64,000 bases of DNA, taken from the NCBI GenBank assembly GCA_963771375.1, contig CAVYTW010000010.1, positions 90,284 through 154,283 of the forward strand. The letters run 5' to 3'. The notes beneath the pieces were generated by a model, which was given only the letters and a program-made list of their open reading frames with translations, made no database searches and was not told the origin of the DNA. This DNA comes from an uncultured Chloroflexia bacterium. GTDB taxonomy: Bacteria; Chloroflexota; Anaerolineae; Anaerolineales; Villigracilaceae. A program made the translations under genes and the position numbers. This document shows positions 7,990-19,031 of this stretch, in pieces; positions within the stretch are counted from its first letter, which is position 1, and every line of letters begins with the position of its first letter.

Positions 7990-8890
7990 ATGGGAAAGTC
8001 CCGACTGTTGGTTGTAGAAGATGACGTGGATATTGCCAACATGCTCAAGATTTATTTCTCCGGCATGGAATTTGAAGTGGATGTTGCCCACCGCGGTTCG
8101 GATGCGCTGGAGAAGACGAAGCATGTACTTCCACATTTGATCGTGCTGGACATCATGTTGCCGGATATCGATGGCTATGAAGTCTGCCGCAATTTGCGGA
8201 CGAGCATGCGCACCAGCCACATCCCGGTCATCTTTCTGACACAGAAGGATGAACGCAGCGATAAGTTGCAGGGGCTTGAACTTGGCGCGGACGATTACAT
8301 TACCAAACCATTTGACATCGAAGAATTGAAGCTGCGCGTCATCGGCGCTATCCGAAGATCGGAACGTGAGAAGTCTCACCGATCCGCGCTCGGGTTTGCC
8401 CGCCGGCCGATTAATCGAAGAGCAGTTGCGCCGCATCATTCGGGAGAAGGATTGGGCCTTGCTTGATATGCGCGTCAACCACTTTGACCCGTTCAAAGAT
8501 GTGTATGGCTTTGTGGCCGGTGATGATGTGATGCGCTTTGCGGCGATGGTTATTAGCGAAGTGGTGGATGAGCAGGGGAGTCGGAATGACTTCATCGGTC
8601 ACGCGGGGAGCGATAACTTCATAGTGATTACTAGTGCTGCTGTTGCGCCGAGCATCAAAAAGCGAGTCAAGGAACGTTTCTCGGCTGAGGTTCAAACCCA
8701 ATATAATTTCATTGACAGGCAGCAAGGTTTCATGCAGGCACCCAAAGCCGATGGCAGCATGGAGAAAGTGCCGTTCATGACCATGTCGGTAGGAATCGTA
8801 TCACCCAGCCAGCAATCGTTTGCAGATATTCGCGAGATCACTGAACTGGCCGCAGAAGCGCGGCGGCAGGATTCCCAAACAACCGCCTAA
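7990..8890 (+). pseudogene. Response regulator REC + degenerate GGDEF (GSDNF) domain; frame broken as assembled
   Basis: ORF 7990..8466 is the REC domain (LLVVEDDVDI...VLDIMLPDIDGYEV...ADDYITKPF). ORF 8366..8890 (frame +1) starts exactly with the linker 'SLTDPRSGLPAGRL' of a GGDEF domain. Removing one A near 8368..8372 joins '...IRRSERE' to 'SLTDPRSGLP'. The active-site pentapeptide reads G-S-D-N-F (8606..8620). Confidence 0.8.
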
Positions 8891-8904
8891 GAGGCTTCCT
8901 TCCA

Positions 8905-11900
8905 ATGTCTGCGGGCATGGATTTGGGTATCGGGCTGGTTATTGCCGGACTGGTATTTGGCACACTGGTCTGGGCTTTACTGCGCCTGGTCCCCAATCGT
9001 TCTTCCGCCAGACAAACCGAAAATATTCCCTTAGTTCTTCCCGATGTAAATCAATCCAGCGCAGCTGTCTTAGTAATTCAAGCTGGAGGCCGCGTAGAAT
9101 CCATCAATCCGCGCGCTCGAGAGTGGTTTGGCTTGCGAGACGGCGATGTAGCAGATCTTGAACGCCTGGCGCGCCGTGTGCGCCCATCGAATGAATTTTT
9201 GGATGTATGTGCCGTGCCTGGTCAGAAGCGCGTAAACATTAATGGCAGGCTGGCCGAACTTACTTCGTATCGAGTACCGGGTCTTGATCCAAAGATGCTG
9301 GTGTCTTTGCGCGGCATGGAATTGACTTCACCGCTCACAACCGAAAGCGCGGACTCATCCTCTTCGATCTTAAAAATTGTTTCTGATTTTGGCCAGGCCG
9401 TCGCATCCAGCCTCGACTTGGAAACGGTTCTCTGTTCCATTCTTGAGAATCTCAATCAACTCCTTCCTGCCGATCTCTTGGAGATCAAAGTCTGGGATGC
9501 CGATGCACAGGCTTTTATTTCTTATCGTTTTCAAACCGAGGATCAATCGAGCCGTAAGCTGGTACGCATTACGCAAAGCCAGTTTGGAAAGCTTTCCGAA
9601 AGATTGATCAAGGATAGAGAACTGCTTCTAATAGCGGATGTCCGCACTTCCCTGACACAGGAAGCGAATGGCGGCTTCACTGCCATTCAATCTTATCTTG
9701 GGTTGCCGCTAATTGCCGGAGGAGAATTGGTCGGTTTGGTAGAAGCCGGTCAAATGTCCGGCGCGGCATTTACCCAACAGGATCTGAATTTGATGCGTTT
9801 GGTCTCCAGTCAGGCTGCGGTGGCTTTGCGTAATTCATTGTTGTATGAAGAGGAACAGCGCCGCTCAGCTGAATTGTCTGGGCTTGCCAATCTGGCGCAA
9901 ACGGCAGGTTCCATTCAAGATCCGAAGGATTTGTTCACCCGCCTGGTGGACAGCGTAGCGCCCCTTTTCGACGCGGACATCGTTGGTTTTTTGATCTACG
10001 ACGAGAGCAAACATACATTGGAAGCTCAAGTACCGTTCCGCGGCTTGCCGGCTCATATTGTGGAAATTTATCGCGCATCCATTGCGCCGGGCAGCCCTGC
10101 CGAGTCGTTGCTTCTTGAACGACAGCCCGTTTTGACGATGGATGCTGCGCGGGATGAGAATTGGCGCTTGCTCGGATTGACGGATATTGCGGTGGCGGCC
10201 AGCCTGCGCGATTCTGCTCTGATGCCTTTGCAGGTGGGCGGAAATATGATTGGTTATTTTCAGGTGTCTCATCGCCGTATGGGCTCGATGGCATTCTCGG
10301 GTTCTGAACTGCGTTTGATGAATATCGTTGGCAATCAAGCGGCGGCAATTATTGAGAATGCCGTCATGATTCAACAAAGCCGTATTCGAACTCAACGGTC
10401 GGATGTTTTGCTCCGTGTGGTTGGTCTGACCGTTTCAGCTGGCACGCTGGATGAAGTTCTGAAATATTCCATTAAGGAACTGACTAATTTATTTCAAGCA
10501 GATGCGGCTGCGGTCTTTTTGATGGATGAAACACGCGGCCAACTGCGATTGCATCGCGACTCAGTTGCGGGGGCAAGCCCGGAAACCCTGAAAGCTTTTG
10601 TGGAATTTGAAGTGGAGAATGAAGATTATCACTCTACCGCGGGCGGGCAGTTTTTTACTACCGGTCGTTTAAGCTTGGACCCTCGCGTGCTTTCAACGTA
10701 TAAGCCATTGGCGGAAAACCTTCGTATGGAATCTGTAATGGTGATACCGCTTTCGCTACGTAGGAAGTTTATCGGCGAATTGATTTTGGGCAGTGGTAAA
10801 ACCGATTTCTTCAATGACTATGATTTGCAAGTGGCATTCACTGCGGCTGATCAATTATCCTCTGCGATTGAACACCTCAGAACCAGTTCTCAGACCGACC
10901 AGGCATTGCACGAACAAGTTGGGCAGTTGATGACGATTGCACGTGTCAACCGCGAATTGAACGCCTCGCTGGATCTCAATCAACTGCTCGAAATTCTCCG
11001 CGATGAAACCGTTCGCTCCACGAGTGCAGGTTGTGGTTCGGTTCTTCTTCTGGACCCTGAAGCGGCAGCAGACAACCCGCGCGTGATCAAGTCGAGCGGT
11101 TGTTCATCAGCGGTGGAGCTATCTCCGTTTGAACGAAGCGCAATTGAAAAATCACAATCCTTTCTTGTTTCAGATTTTGATCAGGAAGGCTTCTTTCCGC
11201 CGCATGCCGGGATCCATTCCGCACTCGTCGTTCCCCTGATTTATCAAAAACGATTGATCGGGCTTCTTCAGCTACATTCCGAGAAGCGAGCGCATTTTGA
11301 CGCAAAGGCTTTGAACTTTATGGAGACTCTGGCCGTCCAAGCTGCGATTGCTCTGAGCAATGCATCGACGTTTCAAAATGAAATTCAGCGTTCCGAGGTT
11401 TTACGCCGCCGCGCAGACACAATGGTTCAATTATCCAGCGCGAGTTATGCCATCAACCCCGATGCTTCCCTCGAAGAATCTTTGAGGGTTATTGCGCAAG
11501 GCATCCAGGATTCCACGCCGTTTCAAGTGGTAGTAGTTAGCGTGTATGAGCCGGAAGGCAGCATGTTACAGCGAGTTGTGGGCATCGGTGTCCCTCAGGA
11601 AACCTTAAATGAACTGTTGGCACGCAAACAACCGTATTCCGGTCTTCTCCAGTTGATGAGGCCTGAATTTAAGATCAGCCGTTCCTATTACATTCCGGCA
11701 GATCAAACTCCGGTTTTGCCCTCCGGAGTTCATTACGTTTATGCGCCTAAATATGTGGGCAAAGATCAACCGAGGCTAAACAGTTGGAACCCAGACGATT
11801 TTCTGCTCATTCCATTGGAAGACGCGCAGGGGAATCCGCTGGGATTGATCAGTCTCGACGATCCGAGCAATGGCTTGCGTCCGGATCGCGAGACGATTGA

Positions 11901-14900
11901 TTCTGTGGAAATCTTTGCCGCGCAAGCGGCACTGATGATCAACAATACCAGGCGGTATAACGATCTTAAAGATCGCATCGACTCGCTTTCCTCCGGCATC
12001 CAGCGTCAACAGCGATTACTTAATGTTACACAAAAAGATCTGCCGACCCTGCTTCGCAAGGACTTGGAACAGACCATTTCACTGCATAACCTGGATCGCC
12101 GAGTTCAACGTGTGCGTGCCGGTCTGGCTATCACCGAATCTGTCAGCCGTCAATTGAATGCCTCGTCTGCGTTGATGGCGCTGGGGCGCGAGACCCTCAC
12201 TCAATTAGCGATGACGACCGCCCTAGTGGCAGAAAATGCTCCGGAGGGGCCGCGCCTGCTTCATATTTTGGGAAATGTTCCGCGATCAACAAATCCCGAA
12301 GCCTTGTTTGGTCAGCGGAATCCACTGCGCGCGGTTTTGCAAAACGGCGAACCCATCCTGATTTCCAATCTGGACGAAAGCAACGAATGGCGCGACTCTC
12401 CATTGCTTTCCCAATTACACGCGAAAGGCGTAATTTGTCTGCCGGTTCTCGTGGAGAATAAGCCGGTTGCGGCGATGTTGGCTCTCAGCCCTGAATCCAT
12501 GCCGGACTTCACGGAAGAAGATCGACAAGTTTATTATCAGATTTCCAGACAAACCTCTGTTGTTCTACAAAACATCTCCCTCCTGAATGAGACGCGCCGC
12601 CGTTTGCAGGAAGTTAACCTGCTACTCGATTTCAGCCGGCGCCTCAGCGGGCTGGATCCCGACAATATCATACGGGCCTTGCTTGATAGCGGTCGCCGCG
12701 TATTACCCGTGGCGCATGCAGGCGTTGTATTGATGTTTAATGAACAAAGCAATCTGCTTATGCCTAGTGCCGTTTCCGGCTATGCAGATAATAACAGCAT
12801 GTTACAGATTGCATATCGGGTTGGTGAAGCGTTGCCTGGAGCAACCTTTGCCAGCAAGAAACCGCGGCGCGTGGATGAGATTGATTTCCCGCGCGATTAT
12901 GCGTTGTCCTCCGAGAAACTCGGTCTTTACCGTCAGGCAACCGGCGGACGTTTACCCGTATCCAGCTTGTTGATTCCGATTCTAGCGGGCGATCAAATGC
13001 TTGGCATTTTGATTCTGGATAATTTTAACACGCCATCTGCATTCAAGCTCGAGGATGAAAACTTAATCATGTCGCTCTCACAACAAGTGGCGCTCTCGCT
13101 TGAAAACGTCCGTTTGATGCATGTCATGACCGAACGCGCAGGCCAGTTGCAGGCCCTCAATGATGTTGCCACGGTGATGACCTCCAATCTGCGCTCTGAC
13201 GAACTCATCGCATCCATCCTCGATCAACTGGTTTCGGTCCTGTCCTTTGACACGGCTACGCTATGGCTGCGCGATAAAGAACACCTGATGGTTGCCTCCG
13301 TGCGCGGCTTTCCGGATGTTGAAAGACGCCTTGGCTTGACGCTGGCCGTGGCTGACAGCGCCTTGTTTAATGAGATGATCAAGAGTGGTCAATCCATTTC
13401 GGTGCCCGATGTGCGCGAAGACCGGCGCTTCCCGCCGGTCGAGGCTCCGCATCTTTCCTGGCTGGGAATCCCGTTGGTTTCCAAAGGCGAATTGATCGGA
13501 GTGATCGCTTTAGAGAAATGGCAATCGTACTTTTATACGCGTGAGCAAATTCAGTTGGCTTCGACATTTGCCAGCCAGGCCGCGGCAGCTTTGGACAACG
13601 CCAAACTCTTTGAAGAAAGCCTCAGCCGCGCCGCGGATTTGGATCAACGCTCACAGCGTTTGGCGCTGCTCAATCGCTTCTCGTCCGCCCTGAGCGGTCT
13701 GCTCGACGCCGATCAAATTCTGCGGCTGACCGCGGAAGAGTTACACCGGGCATTGAATGTTTCCCGCACGTCGGCAGTCTCTTTTGAAAATGGGCATGCA
13801 ATTTGGAAAGCAGCCTCGCCTGATTCGAAAGATGAACTGCCTCAAGTCCTGCCTGATACGCCGTTATTTGAACGCTTGCGTAAGTCGCTTGGGATCTTTT
13901 AACACTGAAAACGTCGCGGCTGAACCTGATCTTCAACCAATTATGCAGCTGGTCGGCACTGATACGAACGCCTTGCTGGTTTTACCTCTGGTCAGCGGAC
14001 AGAATTGCCGCGCTTTGCTCTTTGCCCATATTGTGGGCGACGGGCGCTTTGCATTAACGGAAATTGAACTTGCGCGTACGATTGCGAACCAGGCCGCAAT
14101 CGCACTCGAAAACGCCCGCCTATATCAATCGACAGTGAGAACTGCGGAACGATTCTCCATCCTCAACCAGGCCGGCGCCCTCATTGGTACCAGCCTTGAT
14201 CCGGAGGAAATCTATGCTGCAATTCATGAGGCGGTTGGCCGTCTCATGCCGGTGGAAGCATTTGTCATCAGCCTGCTGGATGAGGAGAAGCAGGAAGTGG
14301 AAGGTGTTTATTTGACGGACAAGGATGTTCGCACGCCGAACATTCGTATGCCATTGGGAGAAGGATTGAGCAGTCGTGTGATCACCAGCGGCCAGTCGCT
14401 CAATGTAAGCAGTTCCGATCAGGCGGATGAAATGGGTGCGATCACCGTCGGCGATGAACGTGGCACGCCTGCATCTATTTTGGCTGTTCCTTTGATGCTG
14501 GGAACCAAACCCATCGGTATGCTGTCTGCGCAAAGTTATCAGACCCAGGCTTATACCGATGAAGACCTTCAACTCCTGAGCACGCTTGCGAATCAGGCTG
14601 TGGTTGCGATTCAAAATGGGCGTCTCTTTGCCGAAACCCAACGATTGGCCCAGGAGCTTGAGCGGCGCGTCATCGAACGCACGGCTCAATTGAAGCGTGA
14701 ACAACAGAACACCGAAACTCTCCTGCGCATCCTTACCGAAGTGTCATCGAGCTTGGATCTTGACCGCGCTCTCAATCGAACGTTATCTTTGCTTAATGAT
14801 GCCATTGGGGCCGAGCAGGGCACGATCATGCTTTTACATCCCGATGACAACCTTTTGCATTATCGCGCCGGTTACGGCTATCTCTCCGAACAGGCGCAAG

Positions 14901-16333
14901 AGGGTGGACGTGGCTTTTCGTTAAAAGTGGGTGAAGGTCTGGCAGGATGGGTCGTTCAAAATCGCGAGGCGGCTTTGATCGATGATTTGCGGCTGGATCC
15001 ACGTTGGGTTCAGTCAGCATCCACTTCACGTGAGCATCGAAGCTCTATTGTCGCACCGCTGATGGTGGCTGAGGATGTAATCGGCGTGCTAATGGTCTTC
15101 CGTCGCGAGGTGCGTTATTTCACACCCGAGGCATTGAATATGGTTAAGGCAATTGCCAGCCAGGTGGCTGTTGCTATCAACAATGCGCACTTGTATGAAC
15201 TGATCCGTGACCAGGCTGAACGTCTCGGTTCGATGCTGCGTAAGGAACAGGAAGAAGCTAGCCGCTCGCAAGCCATCCTCGAAGCCGTGGCGGATGGTGT
15301 GCTGGTTACCGGTTCCAACAATCGTATCACCTTCGTGAATTCATCCATTCAGAAGATTCTTGACATTGATGCGGATCGTGTGATCAATGAACCGCTTGAA
15401 AACTTTGGTGGGTTATTTGGTAAGGCAGCTTCTTCATGGATGGAAACCATTCGCGATTGGTCCCAGTCACCCGTTTCATATCAACCCGGGGATACCTACG
15501 CTGAACAATTGGAGTTGGGCGATGGACGCATTGCCTTGATCCATCTCGCGCCGGTGATCCTGCAAAATGATTTTCTTGGCACGGTATCCATCTTCCGCGA
15601 TATTACACACGAGGTCGAAGTGGACCGCTTGAAGTCCGAGTTTGTCGCGACCGTGAGTCATGAACTGCGTACTCCGATGACGGCTATCAAAGGCTATGTG
15701 GATGTGCTGTTAATGGGCGCGGCTGGGGCAGTGAATGAAAATCAATCGCACTTCCTGAACATCGTTAAGGGTAATATCGACCGGTTGAATATCCTGGTCA
15801 ACGACTTGCTTGACATCTCACGTATCGAGGCCGGACGCGTCATCTTCACTCCGCAGCCGCTCGATCTGCGCGAAATCGCCGAAGATGTAATCGGCGATGT
15901 TCTGCGGCGTTCACAGGAAGAAGGCAAACCGATGGCGCTTTCTCTCGATGCTCCGAAAGCATTGCCGCGCGTGATGGGCGATGCAGAACGCATCCGCCAG
16001 GTGATTGATAATTTGGTGGACAATGCCTATCATTACACACCTGAGAATGGAACCATTAAAGTGGGCATTCATGCGCTGGATGGAACCGAAGTCCAAGTGG
16101 ACGTGGAAGATGATGGTGTGGGCATTGCGCCAGCCGATCAGGAGCGCATCTTCGAGCGCTTCTATCGCGGTGAGCACCCGCTTGTGCTGGCAACGCCGGG
16201 CACCGGTCTGGGATTGCCGATTGTGCGCCAGTTGGTCGAGATGCACAACGGACGAATTTGGATGAAGAGTCAAGGGCTTCCTGGGAAGGGAAGCATCTTC
16301 TCGTTTACTTTACCTATTCAGAAGGATAAATGA
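8905..16333 (+). pseudogene. Giant membrane-anchored multi-GAF (about 11) - PAS - HisKA - HATPase sensor histidine kinase; frame broken at a T4 run (13897..13900)
   Basis: ORF 8905..13902 (1665 aa) has one N-terminal TM helix and then repeated GAF modules. Each module ends in an 'A-A-x-A-[IL]-x-N-[AS]-x-L-[FY]' helix. ORF 13757..16333 carries more GAFs, a PAS, 'SHELRTPMTAI' (H-box) and 'DDGVGI...GTGLGLPIV' (G-boxes). A single GAF domain is split by the frame change: '...PLFERLRKSLGIF' | 'NTENVAAEPDLQPIMQLVG...LVLPLVS'. Confidence 0.9.
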
Positions 16334-16339
16334 GGGCAC

Positions 16340-16714
16340 ATGCCGAAAATTTTAATTGCCGAAGATGAACCGGATATCCGCGACCTCGTTGCGTTCACTT
16401 TGCGGTTCGCGGGATATGAGGTGGTGGCCGGGAACAATGGAGAGGAAGCCGTGCAGATGGCTTCGCGCGAATTCCCCGATTTAATTCTTCTGGATGTTCG
16501 TATGCCGCGTATGACCGGCTATGATGCCTGCCGCGCGATAAAAGCCAATCCTGAGCTGAAGGATATTCCAGTTGTTTTCCTTTCCGCCAAAGGACAGGAA
16601 TCCGAAATACAAACCGGCTTGGACGCAGGCGCGGAAGAATACCTGCTCAAGCCGTTTGCACCCGATCAATTGACCGATCGGGTCAGAGCCATCCTGGCAA
16701 AATTTGGAAAGTGA
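16340..16714 (+). CDS. Stand-alone CheY-like response regulator receiver
   Basis: MPKILIAEDEPDIRDLV...LILLDVRMPRMTGYDAC...VVFLSAKG...EEYLLKPF. 124 aa, starts 6 nt after the kinase stop. Confidence 0.9.
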   Translation: MPKILIAEDEPDIRDLVAFTLRFAGYEVVAGNNGEEAVQMASREFPDLILLDVRMPRMTGYDACRAIKANPELKDIPVVFLSAKGQESEIQTGLDAGAEEYLLKPFAPDQLTDRVRAILAKFGK

Positions 16715-16720
16715 ATCTCT

Positions 16721-17509
16721 TTGAGCGCCATTATTCTTGACCAGGCCATTGTGCATTACGAAGCGTTGGGGCGCGGCCGTCCCATCGTCTTTCTGCACGG
16801 CTGGGTCGGCTCATGGCGGTATTGGATTTCCTCGATGCAGGTGGCATCCACCTCCTTCCGCGCTTATGCGCTCGACCTCTTTGGGTATGGCGATACCGCG
16901 CACGATGACCGCCGTTATTCGCTGGATCAACAGGCCGCTCTGTTGAGCCGCTTTCTGGATGAAATGGGCATTGGCAAAATTGCGATCATTGGACACGGTC
17001 TCGGCGCGCTCGTCGGTTTTTATTTCGCGGCCCAACACCCCGGCAGCGTGGACCGCATCATGGCAGTCAATTCGCCCCTTGACTTTAATTCGGTCAATGC
17101 GAAGCTTCGCACATCCAGCGCGGCTGAATTGGTGGATTGGCTTTCAAGTCGCACACCTGAAGCGGCAACGGCTCTCTCTGACGCATCTAAATCAGACCCG
17201 CGTGCGATCGCGGCCTCGATGAACAGTTTTCAATCGGACAGTTTGTTCACGCAATTCCGCCACACGGATGTTCCTTGCCTGCTTGTTTACGGACAGAATG
17301 ATCCTTCCATCAGCGTCCCATTGGCAGAGAATAACAACTCTTTATCCACTCACATGCACCAGATCAACTTGGAAGGTTCAGGTCACTTTCCAATGATCGA
17401 TGAGACCGCTAAATTCAATCGGTTGTTGATTGATTTTCTGGCGCTTGATTCAGGTCTCAGCCCAAGCGAATTGGAATTGAAGGAGGAGTGGAAGCGCCGC
17501 GTGCGCTGA
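16721..17509 (+). CDS. Alpha/beta-fold hydrolase paralog lacking the nucleophile Ser (G-H-G-L-G)
   Basis: TTG start. 'IVHYEALGRGRPIVFLHGWVGSW...YALDLFGYGDT' parallels the 4064..4870 protein, but the elbow is 'IIGHGLGALVG', with a Gly codon ggt at 16997..16999 where Ser is expected. Asp ('GQNDPSI') and His ('GSGHFPMIDE') are retained. Confidence 0.8.
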   Translation: MSAIILDQAIVHYEALGRGRPIVFLHGWVGSWRYWISSMQVASTSFRAYALDLFGYGDTAHDDRRYSLDQQAALLSRFLDEMGIGKIAIIGHGLGALVGFYFAAQHPGSVDRIMAVNSPLDFNSVNAKLRTSSAAELVDWLSSRTPEAATALSDASKSDPRAIAASMNSFQSDSLFTQFRHTDVPCLLVYGQNDPSISVPLAENNNSLSTHMHQINLEGSGHFPMIDETAKFNRLLIDFLALDSGLSPSELELKEEWKRRVR

Positions 17510-17682
17510 TAAAAGGGATTGCAAGTACGGGGGTTTGAAAGTATGCTTGGTCACTGGATAATTTTGAATGCAACTCAGCGAGGCAGTCTTTGAACAAATG
17601 CTTGTCAAGTTGATTGACGGCCTTCCATTGTTTTAAAGAAATACATTTTGCAGTGATAGAAAATAATGAAAGGTAATCCACC

Positions 17683-18882
17683 ATGAAAAATCTGTCTAAT
17701 AAATCATTTCAAACGCGCGCCGTGCATGCAGGTGAACGCGTCCCGCCTGCCGATTACACGCCCGTGACCACGCCCATCTGGCCTAGCGTCGGTTATCTTT
17801 ATGAAAACATGGATGATCTGGACGCGGTCTTTGGAGGTACCAAGCACGGTCAGATCTATTTGCGCTATTCTAATCCCACCACCGAAGCCTTTGAAAATGC
17901 AATTGCAGATTTGGAGGTGGCGGAAGCTGCGCAGGCTTACGGCTCCGGCATGGCAGCCATTCATGCTTCCTTGCTGGCCGCGGGTGTGAAAGCGGGCACG
18001 TCGGTGGTTGCCGCGCTGGATGTCTACGGCGCGACCTTTTCCCTTTTACGATCTTTGTTCAAAAGCCTGGATGTGAACATTCGCATGGTGAATGTGGCCG
18101 ATCATGTTGAAGTGGAAACGGCTCTCAAAGAAACTCATGCGGTTGTGCTTTTCGTTAAATCAATTTCCAATCCGCTGCTGAAGGTAGCCGATATTCCAGC
18201 TCTTGCAAATCTCGCGCATCGCTACGGTGCATCTTTCCTGGTGGATAATACTTTCGCTTCGCCTTATTTAGTCAACCCGCTCAAGCTCGGTGCGGATTTC
18301 TCGATTCACAGCGCCACGAAATATCTTTCCGGTCATGGCGATGTATTAGCGGGCGTGGTCGCCACTTCCAAAGAAAACAAAAGCAAACTTTACGAATTGA
18401 ACAAATTGGTCGGCGGTGTGCTGGGTCCGTTCGAGGCGTGGCTGGCTTTGCGCGGCTTGAAAACTCTGCCTTTGCGGATGAAACAACAATGTCAGAACGC
18501 CCAGCAAGTTGCTGAATGGCTTGCGAACCATCCGCGCGTCAAGAAAGTCAACTACCCCGGCCTTTCGGATCATCCTCAACATGCTTTGGCGAAGAGTTTA
18601 TTTGATGACAAGGGTTACGGCGGCGTGCTTTCGTTTGAAATAGCTGGTGCGGATAAGGCTCAAGTCTTTCACTTTATGGAATCCCTGACAATTTGTCTGC
18701 CCGCCACCACGCTCGGCGACGTTTATTCGCTGGTTCTTCATCCCGCCACATCCTCACATCGCAGCCTCACCGCGGAAGAACGCGCCCGCGTCGGGATTCC
18801 CGATGGGTTGGTGCGTTTATCGGTGGGAATAGAATCGGCGGAAGACATTCTGTCCGATCTAAAATCGGCGCTGGCGAAGTAG
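17683..18882 (+). CDS. PLP-dependent trans-sulfuration family enzyme (cystathionine gamma-synthase / gamma-lyase / methionine gamma-lyase class)
   Basis: 'TRAVHAGE', 'YLRYSNPT', 'SISNPLLKV', and the PLP-Lys motif 'HSATKYLSGHGDVLAGVV'. 399 aa. Substrate specificity cannot be read from the sequence alone. Confidence 0.85.
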   Translation: MKNLSNKSFQTRAVHAGERVPPADYTPVTTPIWPSVGYLYENMDDLDAVFGGTKHGQIYLRYSNPTTEAFENAIADLEVAEAAQAYGSGMAAIHASLLAAGVKAGTSVVAALDVYGATFSLLRSLFKSLDVNIRMVNVADHVEVETALKETHAVVLFVKSISNPLLKVADIPALANLAHRYGASFLVDNTFASPYLVNPLKLGADFSIHSATKYLSGHGDVLAGVVATSKENKSKLYELNKLVGGVLGPFEAWLALRGLKTLPLRMKQQCQNAQQVAEWLANHPRVKKVNYPGLSDHPQHALAKSLFDDKGYGGVLSFEIAGADKAQVFHFMESLTICLPATTLGDVYSLVLHPATSSHRSLTAEERARVGIPDGLVRLSVGIESAEDILSDLKSALAK

Positions 18883-19031
18883 GAACGTTGTATTTCGTCT
18901 GATAACTGGAAGAGGAATAACGGCGCATCAATGGTATAATCAACGTATATTCCGGGATCGACGGGCTTCGAGCGCCAGTCCTTTTGTAGGGCTGGCGTTT
19001 TATTATTGATTAGATCGTGAAGGAGGTAGTC

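Noticed and set aside
17510..17682. SAM riboswitch or T-box upstream of the trans-sulfuration enzyme gene
   Set aside because: I could not find the SAM-I core ('GAGGGA...GCAACC'-type elements), a T-box 'AGGGTGGNACCGCG' motif, or a terminator/antiterminator pair.
18935..19005. Extended -10 promoter 'TGGTATAAT' (18932..18940) for carD, and a hairpin 'CGCCAGTCC...GGGCTGGCG' (18971..18996) as terminator of the upstream gene
   Set aside because: The order is inconsistent: the putative promoter precedes the putative terminator on the same strand. I cannot decide which, if either, is functional, so I did not list them as features.
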